Source of the DNA: an uncultured Gemmatimonadales bacterium
Lineage (GTDB): Bacteria > Gemmatimonadota > Gemmatimonadetes > Gemmatimonadales > GWC2-71-9
Reading direction: 5' to 3'
Assembly: GCA_963779755.1 (NCBI GenBank)
Contig: CAVZZO010000001.1
Coordinates: 448,001-512,000, forward strand
Length of the DNA stretch: 64,000 nucleotides
Of the stretch, positions 8,039 through 18,534 are shown in pieces. The notes under the pieces were generated by a model. That model worked only from the letters and a program-made list of their open reading frames with translations. It ran no database searches and was not told where the DNA came from. Each line of letters starts with the position of its first letter. Positions within the stretch are counted from its first letter, which is position 1. The translations under genes and the position numbers were made by a program.

Positions 8039-10956
8039 GCGGCATCATGAACCTCGACAGGTTCCAGGCCAGCCTCGCCGGCCGCTACACGATCGAGCGA
8101 GAGCTGGGGCAGGGCGGCATGGCCACGGTGTACCTGGCGGAGGACCTGAAGCACGGCCGCCAGGTGGCGATCAAGGTGCTCAAACCGGAACTGGCCGCCG
8201 TGCTGGGCGCCGAGCGGTTCCTGCGCGAGATCCGGATCGCCGCCAACCTGCAGTCCCCGCACATCCTTCCCCTGCTGGACTCGGGCGATGCCGACGGCCT
8301 TCTCTATTACGTGATGCCGTTCGTGCGCGGCGAATCGCTGCGCGACCGGCTCGCGCGCGACGGCGCGATGTCGCCGCCCGGGTCCGCGCGCCTGCTGCGG
8401 GAGGTCACCGACGGCCTGGCGCACGCCCACCGTCATGGTGTGGTCCATCGCGACATCAAACCCGACAACGTCATGCTCGCCGAGGGGCATGCGCTGTTGA
8501 TGGACTTCGGCGTGGCCAAAGCGATCGCGGCCGGCCACAGCGACGCGCCCGGCGGCGATTCGGCGACTCTCACTGACGTCGGAATCTCGGTGGGTACACC
8601 GGCATACATGGCGCCGGAACAGGCCGCGGCGGATCCGGCGATCGATGCCCGCGCCGACATCTACAGCCTGGGCGTCATGGCGTACGAGCTCCTCTCCGGA
8701 GCACCGCCGTTTACGGGCACGCCGCAGGCGGTCATGACGGCGCACGTCCTCACGCCTCCCGCTCCACTGCCGGATGCCGTTCCGCCAGCCATCGCGGCCA
8801 TCGTGATGCGGTGCCTGGCGAAGGATCCCGACCGCCGGTACCAGAACGCGGACGAGCTGCTGGCCGCCTTCGATGCGCTGGTGACACCCACCGGAACCGC
8901 GATGGTCCCGGGAGGCCGTCCCGCCGCCCGGCGGCGGAAAATCGCGCTGGCAGTCGTCGCCATCGCCGCGGTGGGGGCCGCGGCGTTCTTCGGCATCCGG
9001 AGCATGCAGCGTCATGCCTGGGTGAGCGGGACCGCGATCCCCGAGATGGGGCGGATGATCGAGGATGGCCAGATGGACAGTGCCTGGTATGTGGGCCTCC
9101 GAGCGCAGGCGATCGCGCCACGGGACACCATCCTTGCGGCGCTGTTCACCCAGTTGAGTCACGGTCGCCGGCCTTCGATCATCACCCGCCCGGCCGGGGC
9201 CACTGTGTATCGCGCGTCTCTCGGGGACACCAGCGTCTGGCACTACGTGGGGACGACACCTATCGACTCGATGGAACTCCCGTTCCAGACCGGCCTCTAT
9301 CGTTTCGAGAAGCCAGGGTACCGGACCCTGTACACGACCGGCATGTACCTGCCTTTTCCGCTGATGCTCAATACGGTCGCGGATACGGATTCGGCCCTGA
9401 TCCCCGTCGCCGGCGGGCCGCGGTACAGTACGTTTCTCGTCGGCACCGAAGGATCACCCGAGCTGTCGCTCCGCGACTGGAAGATCGATCGATACGAGAC
9501 GACCAACCGCCAGTACAAGGCGTTCGTGGAGGCCGGCGGATATCGCGACAGCACCTGGTGGGACTATCCGTTCAAAGAGGGCAACCGCACGCTCACGTGG
9601 TCTCAGGCGATGACACGGTTCGTCGACCAGACGGGACGCCCGGGACCCTCGACCTGGGTTGCCGGGGACTACCCGTCCGGGCAGGCCGACATGCCGGTCG
9701 GCGGCGTCAGCTGGTACGAAGCCGCCGCGTATGCCAGGTGGGCGGGAAAATCGCTCCCCACCGTGTACCACTGGGCGCGCGCCGCGGGCACCTGGCTCTC
9801 GTCGGCCATCGTGCCGCTGAGCAATTTGCAGGGCACCGGGCCGTGGAAAGTCGGTACACCGCGCGCCGTGAGTCTGGTCGGCGCATCCGACATGGCGGGC
9901 AACGTGCGTGAGTGGTGCTACAACGAGGAAGCCACCAGCGGCGAGCGCTACATCGAGGGCGGCGGCTGGAGCGACCCCACCTACGCGTTCGTCGACGCCT
10001 ACGCCCAGCCGCCGATGGATCGCTCCGCGATCAACGGCATCCGGCTCGCGCGGTACGATCCCGCGGACAGCAACCTCGCGCTCGCACGGCGGCCGCTGGT
10101 GCGTGCGTTTACCGACTACGCGAAGGTCCCATCTGTCCCGGACGCGGTATTCGAAGGCTATCGCCACCAGTTCGACTACGATCCGCTTCCGCTGGAGTCC
10201 CGGGTCGAACGCGTGGATTCCAGCAGCGACGAGTGGCTTGCCCAGTTTGTGAGCTTCACCGCCGCCTACGGCGGAGAGCGGATGGAGGCGTGGGTCTTCC
10301 TCCCCAGGAGGGGCACCCCGCCGTACCAGCCCGTCGTGTTCTTTCCCGGGTCCGGCGCGATCAACACCCGCACCAGCGCCCGACGGCGCGACATGACGCC
10401 GAGCTTTGTGGTGAAGAGCGGACGCGCGTTCGTGCTGCCGATCTACAAGAGCACCTACGAACGGTCGGACAGCCTGACGAGCGACATCCCCGACCAGTCC
10501 ATCTTCTGGCGGGATCACGTCATCATGTGGGGGAAAGACTTCCGGCGGACCCTCGACTATCTCAGCAGCCGGCCGGACATGGACAGCACCAGGTTCTCCT
10601 ACTTCGGCTACAGTTGGGGCGCCAACATGGGCGGGATCATTCCGGCGGTGGAACCGCGGATCAAGGCAGCGGTGCTGTACGTCGCCGGCCTCACCATGGA
10701 GCGGCCGAGGCCGGAGGTCGATCCCATCAATTTCCTGCCGCACATCCACATCCCGGCCCTGATGTTGAACGGGAAGTACGACTTCTTCTTCCCGACGGAG
10801 ACATCGCAGCGTCCGTTCTTCGAGCGGCTGGGTACTCCGTCCGCGGACAAGAAGTGGGTGGTGTATGAAGGCGGCCACGATGTACCACGCCCACGCCTCA
10901 TCGGCGAGACGCTCGCCTGGCTCGACAAGTACCTGGGACCGGTGAATCCCCGATGA
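8035..10956 (+). CDS. Ser/Thr kinase + TM + FGE-sulfatase (SUMF1-like) domain + alpha/beta-hydrolase
   Basis: Kinase HRDIKPDN/DFG; FGE-type motifs IDRYETTN, PVGGVSWYEAAAYA and DMAGNVREW; hydrolase GYSWG nucleophile elbow with downstream YD and GGH. Confidence 0.88.
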   Translation: MSGIMNLDRFQASLAGRYTIERELGQGGMATVYLAEDLKHGRQVAIKVLKPELAAVLGAERFLREIRIAANLQSPHILPLLDSGDADGLLYYVMPFVRGESLRDRLARDGAMSPPGSARLLREVTDGLAHAHRHGVVHRDIKPDNVMLAEGHALLMDFGVAKAIAAGHSDAPGGDSATLTDVGISVGTPAYMAPEQAAADPAIDARADIYSLGVMAYELLSGAPPFTGTPQAVMTAHVLTPPAPLPDAVPPAIAAIVMRCLAKDPDRRYQNADELLAAFDALVTPTGTAMVPGGRPAARRRKIALAVVAIAAVGAAAFFGIRSMQRHAWVSGTAIPEMGRMIEDGQMDSAWYVGLRAQAIAPRDTILAALFTQLSHGRRPSIITRPAGATVYRASLGDTSVWHYVGTTPIDSMELPFQTGLYRFEKPGYRTLYTTGMYLPFPLMLNTVADTDSALIPVAGGPRYSTFLVGTEGSPELSLRDWKIDRYETTNRQYKAFVEAGGYRDSTWWDYPFKEGNRTLTWSQAMTRFVDQTGRPGPSTWVAGDYPSGQADMPVGGVSWYEAAAYARWAGKSLPTVYHWARAAGTWLSSAIVPLSNLQGTGPWKVGTPRAVSLVGASDMAGNVREWCYNEEATSGERYIEGGGWSDPTYAFVDAYAQPPMDRSAINGIRLARYDPADSNLALARRPLVRAFTDYAKVPSVPDAVFEGYRHQFDYDPLPLESRVERVDSSSDEWLAQFVSFTAAYGGERMEAWVFLPRRGTPPYQPVVFFPGSGAINTRTSARRRDMTPSFVVKSGRAFVLPIYKSTYERSDSLTSDIPDQSIFWRDHVIMWGKDFRRTLDYLSSRPDMDSTRFSYFGYSWGANMGGIIPAVEPRIKAAVLYVAGLTMERPRPEVDPINFLPHIHIPALMLNGKYDFFFPTETSQRPFFERLGTPSADKKWVVYEGGHDVPRPRLIGETLAWLDKYLGPVNPR

Positions 10957-13478
10957 CGCGGGACCGTCTCACTGCCGCCCTGGCCGGCCGCTACCGCATC
11001 GAGCGTGAGCTGGGTGCGGGCGGCATGGCCACAGTCTATCTGGCCGGGGACCTGAAGCACGGCCGCAAGGTGGCGATCAAGGTCATGCATCCCCAACTCG
11101 CCGCCGCCATCGGGGTCGAGCGGTTCCTCGCCGAGATCCAGACCACGGCCAACCTGCAGCATCCCCACATCCTGCCGCTGTTCGACTCGGGCGAGGTGGA
11201 CGGTACCGTCTTCTATGTCATGCCCTTTGTCGAAGGCGAGACGCTGCGCGATCGCCTGGACCGGGAGACGCAGCTGCCCATCGCCGACGCAGTGCGTATC
11301 GCCAGCGAGATCGGCGCCGCCCTGGACCATGCGCACCGGCAGGGCGTGATCCATCGCGATATCAAGCCGGAGAATATCCTGCTGCGCGAAGGCCACGTCC
11401 TGGTGGCGGACTTCGGGATTGCCCTGCCGGCCGGGAAGGCCGCCGGAGCCCGGCTCACCGAGACCGGCATGTCCCTTGGCACGCCGCAGTACATGAGCCC
11501 GGAACAGGCCATGGGGGAGCGCGAGATCGACGGGCGCAGCGACACCTTCGCGCTGGCCAGCGTGCTCTACGAGATGCTGCTGGGCCAGCCCCCGTTCACC
11601 GGCCCCAACGCCCAGGCGATCGTGGCGAAAATCATGACCGCCGACGCGCCGTCCCTTACCACGGAGCGGCGGACCGTCCCACCTACTATTGATCGGGCGG
11701 TCCGGCGGGCGCTGGAGCGGCTCCCGGCGGACCGGTTCGCCACCACCGCGGATTTCGTCTCGGCGCTGCAAGCACCCTCCACTCCGGCGCCGGCAGGATG
11801 GCGGCGCCCGGTGCTCGCCGCCGGGATCGTGGTCATCATTCTTGCCGGGATCGCCGCCGCTGCCTATCTGTGGAGTGGCCGGCGGACGGGGGGAAGGCCG
11901 GACGCGGCGGACCGCCGCCGGATCGTCGCCGTCCTGCCGTTCCGCAATATCTCGGCGGATACGGCCCAGCAGTACTTCAGCGCCGGGATGACCGAAGAAA
12001 TCACTTCGCAGCTGGCCAAAGTCGCATCGCTGCGGGTGCTGGGGCGGTCCGCCACCGCGCAGTACGATACCGTCGCCAATCGCCTGCAGCGGATGGCCAG
12101 CGATCTGGGCGTAGGCAGCGTGGTGGAGGGAAGCGTGCGACTGGCCGGCGACCGGGTCCGGATCGACGTCGAGCTGACCGACGTCCAGTCGGGCCAGTCG
12201 CTCTGGTCCGATCAGTACCAGCGCCAGATCGCCGATATCTTCGCGGTGCAGGACGACGTCGCCATCCAGGTCACCAGCGCGCTGCAGGCCGCCCTGACGC
12301 CGTCCGAGGCCAAACGCCTTGCGCAGGCACCGACCACCAGCCCGGCCGCGCATCAGATCTACCTGCGGGCGCGTGCGTTGAATCCGACGGACCGGTCGGA
12401 GAACCTCGCCCAGGCGGAGCTGTTGCGCCAGGCGATCGCCATCGACACCGGTTATGCGCTGGCGTATGCCTATCTGGCCCGCAACTACATGTTCCGCGGC
12501 GTGGGCGGGGAACCAGAGTGGATCGACTCGGGCTTTGTCGCCGCCCGTCGCGCCGTGGCGATGGACTCCGATCTGGCCGACGGGTATTTCGCGCTGGGCG
12601 ACGTGCAGTCCATCCGCCTGAAGTTCGCCGACGCGCGCCGGTCCTATCTCCGGGCGCTCGAACTGGAACCCAGTCACGATGGGGCGATGGCCGACCTGGC
12701 CAACGTGTACACTGCGCTGGGCCGCTACGACGAGGCACTCGACTGGGCGCTTCGGTCCGCCCAGCTCGACCCCAATCATCCCCACGCGCCCTATCACGTG
12801 GGCCTGCCCCTCATCGCGCTGGGTGACGACTCCGCCACCGCCCGGTACCTGCATGCCGCCGAGCGCAAACGGCCGGCGGAACTACGGGTGCAGGGGCTGC
12901 TGGCCTGGCTGGACATGAGGCGAGGCGCCCCGGCGGCCGCACTGGCGCGAGCCCGCAAGATGGTGGCGGACAATCCCGATAACACCGAGGGCCGCCCGAT
13001 TCTGGCGGAGCTTGCCTTCCTCGCCGGGGCCCCCGATGCGGAGCAGCTGCTCCAGCCGCTGGTCGAGGCCGATCCCGAGACGCCGTCGCAATACGACGCT
13101 GAGGGACTGCGCTCCATGTTTGCTCTGACCCTGCGACAACACGGTGACGGCGGGGAGGCCGCGGATCTGTGGCGGCAGTCGGCCGCGGCGGCGCGGCAGC
13201 AACTCGCCGCCGGCGCGGAAGGACCGGCGGCACAGATGGAGCTGGCCGCGATCAACGCGATCCAGGGCAACACGAACGAAGCGATGGACTGGCTCGAAAA
13301 GGGCTATCGCGCCGGGTGGAAAGACGCCCGGCAGGTGGGGCTCGATCCATTCTTTGCCCCGGTCCGCCAGGACCCCCGGTACCGGGCCGTGCTGGCGAAC
13401 ATGCGGCAGGACGTCGCGGAGATGCGCAAGCGGGCCGCCGCGGCGCACCCGGAGCTCTTTCAGGGAACGACGCCATGA
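10953..13478 (+). CDS. Ser/Thr kinase + TM + TolB-N-like domain + TPR repeats
   Basis: Kinase motifs; VAVLPFRNIS...YFSAGMTEEI...VEGSVR; helical TPR-like repeats; C-terminal DPFFAPVRQDPRY. Confidence 0.9.
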   Translation: MTRDRLTAALAGRYRIERELGAGGMATVYLAGDLKHGRKVAIKVMHPQLAAAIGVERFLAEIQTTANLQHPHILPLFDSGEVDGTVFYVMPFVEGETLRDRLDRETQLPIADAVRIASEIGAALDHAHRQGVIHRDIKPENILLREGHVLVADFGIALPAGKAAGARLTETGMSLGTPQYMSPEQAMGEREIDGRSDTFALASVLYEMLLGQPPFTGPNAQAIVAKIMTADAPSLTTERRTVPPTIDRAVRRALERLPADRFATTADFVSALQAPSTPAPAGWRRPVLAAGIVVIILAGIAAAAYLWSGRRTGGRPDAADRRRIVAVLPFRNISADTAQQYFSAGMTEEITSQLAKVASLRVLGRSATAQYDTVANRLQRMASDLGVGSVVEGSVRLAGDRVRIDVELTDVQSGQSLWSDQYQRQIADIFAVQDDVAIQVTSALQAALTPSEAKRLAQAPTTSPAAHQIYLRARALNPTDRSENLAQAELLRQAIAIDTGYALAYAYLARNYMFRGVGGEPEWIDSGFVAARRAVAMDSDLADGYFALGDVQSIRLKFADARRSYLRALELEPSHDGAMADLANVYTALGRYDEALDWALRSAQLDPNHPHAPYHVGLPLIALGDDSATARYLHAAERKRPAELRVQGLLAWLDMRRGAPAAALARARKMVADNPDNTEGRPILAELAFLAGAPDAEQLLQPLVEADPETPSQYDAEGLRSMFALTLRQHGDGGEAADLWRQSAAAARQQLAAGAEGPAAQMELAAINAIQGNTNEAMDWLEKGYRAGWKDARQVGLDPFFAPVRQDPRYRAVLANMRQDVAEMRKRAAAAHPELFQGTTP

Positions 13479-15889
13479 GTGGAGCACCCCCGGGTCTGAT
13501 CGCAGCTCTGGCTGACCGCTACACCATCGAGCGCGAGCTGGGCGAGGGCGGCATGGCGACCGTCTACCTCGCCACCGACCTCAAGCATGGGCGACAGGTT
13601 GCTATCAAGGTGCTCAAGCCGGAGCTTGCCGCCGTCCTCGGCGCCGAGCGGTTCCTGGCGGAGATCAAGACGACGGCCAATCTGCGGCACCCGCATATCC
13701 TGCCGCTGTTTGACAGTGGCCGGGCCACCGTTCCCCCTCTCCCCGGTGGGGAGAGGGGGACAGGGGGTGAGGTCCTCTACTATGTTATGCCGTTCGTGGA
13801 GGGTGAGTCGCTGCGCGACCGGCTGACCCGCGACCGGCAGCTTCCGATCGGGGAGGCGCTGCAGATCTCCCGGGAGGTGGCCGACGCCTTGGGCTACGCC
13901 CACAGCCGGGGCATCGTGCATCGGGATATCAAGCCGGAGAATATCCTGCTGGAGAACGGCCACGCGGTGGTGGCCGATTTCGGCATCGCCCGCGCCGTCA
14001 GTTCCGCGGGCGGCGACCGGATCACCCAGACCGGCATGGCGGTCGGCACGCCGCTCTACATGAGCCCGGAGCAGGCGGCCGGTTCCGGCGATCTGGACGG
14101 CCGGAGCGATCTCTACAGCCTGGCCTGCGTGCTGTACGAAATGCTGGCCGGCGAGCCGCCCTTTACCGGCGCGACCCCGGCGGTGATCACCCGGCAGCAT
14201 ATGATTACCGAGGCAGCGCCGGTCACTAACAAGCGGCCGGCGGTACCCGCGCATGTGGCCGGCTCGCTGGCCCGCGCCCTGGCCAAGGACCCGGCCGACC
14301 GGTTCAACCCGGTGGCGCAGTTCGCACAGGCGCTCACCGATGGCCCAGCCGCCCCGGCAGCAACCGCGACGGCACCGGCCGACTCCTCCCGCTCACCGCG
14401 GCGCCGGTGGTTCGCCCTGGCGGCCGGCGGGGTGCTGGTCGTTGCCGCGGGCGCCTGGCTGTTGACCAGGACACTCCGGCAGGGAGGGGCCACAACAGCC
14501 GGGGTCATCCGGTCCATCGCGGTCATGCCGCTCGACGACTACTCGGCCGACTCGACCCAGGCGTACTTCGCCGAGGGAATGACCGACGAGCTTACCACCG
14601 ACCTGGCGAGCATCAGTTCGCTGCGGGTCATCTCGCGCGGGTCGGTCATGCAGTACGCCGGCGGCAACCGTCCTCCCGCCCCGGAGATTGCCCGGTCGCT
14701 GAACGTGGATGCGATTGTGGAAGGCTCCGTCACCCGCGCGGGCGACAGGGTGCGGATCACCGCCCAGCTGATTGACGCGCGGGCCGACCGTCATCTCTGG
14801 GCCCAGAGTTTCGAGCGGCAGTCGAGCGACGTGCTGGCGCTGCAGGCCGAGCTGGCCTCGGCTATCGCCAGCGCCATCAACGCGCGGATCACCCCCGCCG
14901 AGCAGACCCGGCTGGCCGCGGCACCGACGGTCGATCCGGCGGCGCACGACGCCTACCTGCGCGGCCGGTACTTCTTCGCCCGGCCGAACGATGAAAATCT
15001 GGAGAAGGCCATCGCGCAGTTCAACCAGGCGGTCAGTCTGAGTCCCGATTTCGCGCCGGCCTGGTCCGGCCTGTCCGACGCGTATCTGTGGGCGGCGTTC
15101 AACGAGGGGTTCATCAGTGCTCGCGAGGCCGGCCCCAGAGCCAGGGAGGCGGCCGAGCGTGCGGTGCAGCTCGACAGCACGTTGGCGGAGGGTCACACCT
15201 CGCTCGGGACTTATCTGGCGTGGTTCGCGCACGACTGGACCGGGAGTGAGCGCGAATTGCGCCGCGCCATCGCGCTCAATCCCAACTACGCCTTCGCGCA
15301 CGACCAGTTCGGACTGATCCTCAGTATCCTGGGGCGATTTGACGCGGCGATCGCCGAGGGGAAGCGGGCCATGGCGCTCGACCCCCTGTCGCCGTCTATC
15401 CTGATTGATGCCATGGTGGCGTTTGTTTACCGGCCCGATGTGCCGGCCGCCACCGCGCTGGCCCAACGCACCAGCGACCTCGATCCCACCTTCTTCTTTC
15501 CCTATTCGCTCATGGCCAAGCTCGACGTCCAGCTGGGGAAGGCGCGGGAGGCGGTTTCCCTGCTGGAGAAGGCCCGCACCATGGGGGCCCCCTCGTTTGT
15601 GACCGGCGAGCTGGCCTATGCCTACGGGATGACCGGCGACCAGGCCAGGGCCGAGGCGACACTCGCCGATCTGAAGAAGATGTCGCGCAGCGGCGAGGGG
15701 TTGCCTTATGACCTGGCGCTCTACTACCTGGGGCAGCGCAATACGGCCCGCACGCTGGACTACCTGGAGCAGGCGTTTGCCGCCGATGCCCAATCGCTGG
15801 TGTGGCTCAAGGAGGATACCATCTACGATCCGCTACGGCAGAACCCGCGGTTCATCGCGCTCATGCAGAAGATGCACTTCACCTCATGA
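13475..15889 (+). CDS. Ser/Thr kinase + TM + TolB-N-like + TPR (start revised to ATG 13475)
   Basis: ATGA overlap at 13475-13478 gives MSGAPPGLIAALADRY; IAVMPL...YFAEGMTDEL; TPRs; carries a palindromic insert. Confidence 0.9.
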   Translation: MSGAPPGLIAALADRYTIERELGEGGMATVYLATDLKHGRQVAIKVLKPELAAVLGAERFLAEIKTTANLRHPHILPLFDSGRATVPPLPGGERGTGGEVLYYVMPFVEGESLRDRLTRDRQLPIGEALQISREVADALGYAHSRGIVHRDIKPENILLENGHAVVADFGIARAVSSAGGDRITQTGMAVGTPLYMSPEQAAGSGDLDGRSDLYSLACVLYEMLAGEPPFTGATPAVITRQHMITEAAPVTNKRPAVPAHVAGSLARALAKDPADRFNPVAQFAQALTDGPAAPAATATAPADSSRSPRRRWFALAAGGVLVVAAGAWLLTRTLRQGGATTAGVIRSIAVMPLDDYSADSTQAYFAEGMTDELTTDLASISSLRVISRGSVMQYAGGNRPPAPEIARSLNVDAIVEGSVTRAGDRVRITAQLIDARADRHLWAQSFERQSSDVLALQAELASAIASAINARITPAEQTRLAAAPTVDPAAHDAYLRGRYFFARPNDENLEKAIAQFNQAVSLSPDFAPAWSGLSDAYLWAAFNEGFISAREAGPRAREAAERAVQLDSTLAEGHTSLGTYLAWFAHDWTGSERELRRAIALNPNYAFAHDQFGLILSILGRFDAAIAEGKRAMALDPLSPSILIDAMVAFVYRPDVPAATALAQRTSDLDPTFFFPYSLMAKLDVQLGKAREAVSLLEKARTMGAPSFVTGELAYAYGMTGDQARAEATLADLKKMSRSGEGLPYDLALYYLGQRNTARTLDYLEQAFAADAQSLVWLKEDTIYDPLRQNPRFIALMQKMHFTS
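13732..13772. repeat. REP-like palindromic element inside a kinase CDS (second copy)
   Basis: TCCCCCTCTCCCC-ggt-GGGGAGAGGGGGA followed by CAGGGGGTGAGG. Confidence 0.85.
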
Positions 15890-18534
15890 CCGATACTTCC
15901 GGGATCGCCGCCGCGCTGGCCGGTCGCTACCGGATCGAGCGTGAGCTGGGGCAGGGAGGCATGGCCACGGTGTATCTGGCCCAGGACCTCAAGCACGACC
16001 GGCAAGTGGCTATCAAGGTGCTCCGGCCGGAGCTGGCCGCGGTGATCGGGGCGCAGCGCTTCCTGGCCGAGATCAAGACCACCGCCAATTTGCAGCATCC
16101 GCACATCCTGGCGTTGTTCGATTCGGGCGAGGTCAACGGCACCGTCTTCTACGTGATGCCGTTCGTGGAGGGTGAATCGCTGCGCGACCGCCTGGTCCGC
16201 GAGCGCCAGCTGCCGGTCGCCGAGGCGGTGCGCATCGCCACCGAGGTCGCGGCCGCGCTCGACTATGCCCATCGTCACGGCGTGATCCACCGGGACATCA
16301 AGCCGGAGAACATCCTGCTCCACGACGGCAGCGCCCTGGTGGCCGACTTCGGCATCGCGCTGGCGGTGAGCCGGTCCGACGGAGGCACCCGGCTGACCGA
16401 AACCGGGATGTCGCTGGGGACGCCGCACTACATGAGTCCCGAGCAGGCGATGGGCGAGCGCGAGATCACTGCCCGGACCGATATCTACGCCCTTGGATGC
16501 GTCCTGTACGAGATGCTGGGGGGAGAGCCGCCGTTCTCCGGACCGACGGCGCAGGCGATCATTGCCCGGGTCATGACGGAGGAGCCGCGGTCGCTTACTG
16601 CCCAGCGCCGCTCCGTCCCCGACTACCTCGAGGCGGCGGTCTTTACCGCCCTGGACAAGCTGCCGGCGGATCGATTCGCCACCGCGGCGGAATTCTCGGC
16701 AGCGCTGGCGGGCCAGGACCCGGGCATCCGCACCACGGCGCGCCGGCCGGCCGCGATGGCCGGATCCGGGCCATGGCGGCGCGTCAGCCTGCTGCTTGGG
16801 GTGGCGACGATCGCGCTGGCCGGACTCGCCTTCTGGGCACTGACGCGCTCATCCGGACGTGCCGCACCGACGGTCTATGATGTCGGCCTCCCAGACAGCG
16901 CCAGGATGAATCTCGTCAGCAGCCGGTCCCGCATCGGACCGTACGGCGCGCAGGTGCGCAATCTTTCGGTGGACCCTGCGGGCAATTTCGTCGTCTACGC
17001 GGCGACCCGCGGTGATTCCACCTCGCTCTGGGTCCGCAGTCTTCGCACGGCCGAGGTTCGTGAGTTGCCGGGAACCGAGGGTGGCACCGGGCCACGGATC
17101 TCTCCCGACGGGGAGCAGGTCGCGTACTTCAATGACGACCGGATGATGGCGATCCCGATCGACGGCTCGGAGCCGCGCCTGCTGATGATGGCCAGCAGTG
17201 GCGCGATGATCGACTGGACGTCCACCAGCCAGTTCGTCACCGTCGACAACGACGGCTATCGCTTCAACCGCTTCGATCCGAAGACCGGTTCCACCCAGTC
17301 GGCCACGATCGACCGCTGCGTGTTCGGGGTGTGGGTTCCCGAATCCCGTGAGCTGCTCTGCTCGTTCAACGGCATTGCCCAGACCATCGAGCCGGAATCG
17401 AATGCCGTCACCACCATCCGCATCGCCAATCCCGACGGCTCGCCCGGCAACCCAGCGGCCGGCAGCGCCTTCCGCATGGTCGAGGGGAGGTACCTCCTCT
17501 GGCTGGCCACCGACGGCAACCTCGTCGCTGCCACCTACGATCCGGCCCGCCACCTTGCCGGGCCGCCGACCCGAATGCTTGCCGGCATCCGGCGCGAGGC
17601 GCTGGGCGAGGGGCAATACGACATCTCGGCGGATGGGACGCTGGTCTACGCTCCGGGGCTCGACGCGACCATTGGTCGTCTCGTGCGGTTTCACCCGGGT
17701 CGGAAGATCGAACCGCTGCCGATCGAGGGTGCCGACTACCAGCGCTACGACCTCAGCGACGACGGTCGCTGGCTTGCCGCGGTCACTCCGGGCAGCGATG
17801 CCATGGAGCTGCGCATTTATGACCTGCAGAACGGCCAGCGATCGACCTGGCTGCGCGCCGAAGCGATCCGCCATGCCATGTGGAATCCCGGCGGCGACCG
17901 GCTCCTGGTCGCCGCCCAGCACGATTCGACCTGGGCCCTGCTCCGCGGTTCTCCGGGATCGGGACAGCCCGCCGACACGCTGGCCACCTGGGGTCCGGGA
18001 GAGGGCTACCTCGACCCGATCGGCTATCCCTTCGATTCCCTCGCCATCGCGCTTGACTGGAGCTCGGGCGTCGTGGCCTCCTTCGACCCGCGACGCAAGG
18101 CACCGGTCTTCGATACCGTCCTGACCGGAGCGCGCTTCCCGAGCGTCGCGCCGGGCGGCCACCTGATCACCTATCAGACCGTGGACCAGAGTCGCATCGT
18201 CGTCACCACCTTCCCCGAGGCGAGCCGCCGGTGGCAGGTGGCCACGCTGGGGGTCGAGCCGATCTGGCTCTCCGACACGGAATTGCTTTATCGCTTCGGC
18301 GCGAGCTGGTATCTGGTCCGGGTGAACCCGACGACCGGCGAGCCCCAGGGCGCCGCCACCTTCTGGGGCAGGGATCTCAGGTTCTCGGACACCTCGGGCT
18401 GGTCCAATCGTCCCGACCATACCGGCGGCGTGATCTACGTGGAGAGCCCTCAGCAGCCGGATCCCGGTTACCTGCGCGTGATCCCCGGCTGGGTCGATCA
18501 GATGAAGCGCGCGGTAGCGAAGGCAAGTCGATGA
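15886..18534 (+). CDS. Ser/Thr kinase + TM + divergent beta-propeller (start revised to 15886)
   Basis: ATGA overlap gives MTDTSGIAAALAGRY; kinase motifs; TM VSLLLGVATIALAGLAFWAL; propeller repeats. Confidence 0.9.
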   Translation: MTDTSGIAAALAGRYRIERELGQGGMATVYLAQDLKHDRQVAIKVLRPELAAVIGAQRFLAEIKTTANLQHPHILALFDSGEVNGTVFYVMPFVEGESLRDRLVRERQLPVAEAVRIATEVAAALDYAHRHGVIHRDIKPENILLHDGSALVADFGIALAVSRSDGGTRLTETGMSLGTPHYMSPEQAMGEREITARTDIYALGCVLYEMLGGEPPFSGPTAQAIIARVMTEEPRSLTAQRRSVPDYLEAAVFTALDKLPADRFATAAEFSAALAGQDPGIRTTARRPAAMAGSGPWRRVSLLLGVATIALAGLAFWALTRSSGRAAPTVYDVGLPDSARMNLVSSRSRIGPYGAQVRNLSVDPAGNFVVYAATRGDSTSLWVRSLRTAEVRELPGTEGGTGPRISPDGEQVAYFNDDRMMAIPIDGSEPRLLMMASSGAMIDWTSTSQFVTVDNDGYRFNRFDPKTGSTQSATIDRCVFGVWVPESRELLCSFNGIAQTIEPESNAVTTIRIANPDGSPGNPAAGSAFRMVEGRYLLWLATDGNLVAATYDPARHLAGPPTRMLAGIRREALGEGQYDISADGTLVYAPGLDATIGRLVRFHPGRKIEPLPIEGADYQRYDLSDDGRWLAAVTPGSDAMELRIYDLQNGQRSTWLRAEAIRHAMWNPGGDRLLVAAQHDSTWALLRGSPGSGQPADTLATWGPGEGYLDPIGYPFDSLAIALDWSSGVVASFDPRRKAPVFDTVLTGARFPSVAPGGHLITYQTVDQSRIVVTTFPEASRRWQVATLGVEPIWLSDTELLYRFGASWYLVRVNPTTGEPQGAATFWGRDLRFSDTSGWSNRPDHTGGVIYVESPQQPDPGYLRVIPGWVDQMKRAVAKASR

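Noticed and set aside
9400..10060. Diversity-generating retroelement targeting the FGE/C-lectin-like domain
   Set aside because: No reverse transcriptase and no template repeat with adenine-specific mismatches seen in the window; a remote TR cannot be excluded.
13169..13474. N-terminal extensions in the ORF track (starts 13169, 15802, 18231, 29931)
   Set aside because: They overlap upstream genes or repeats; paralog alignment and ATGA overlaps or RBS support starts at 13475, 15886, 18531 and 30186.
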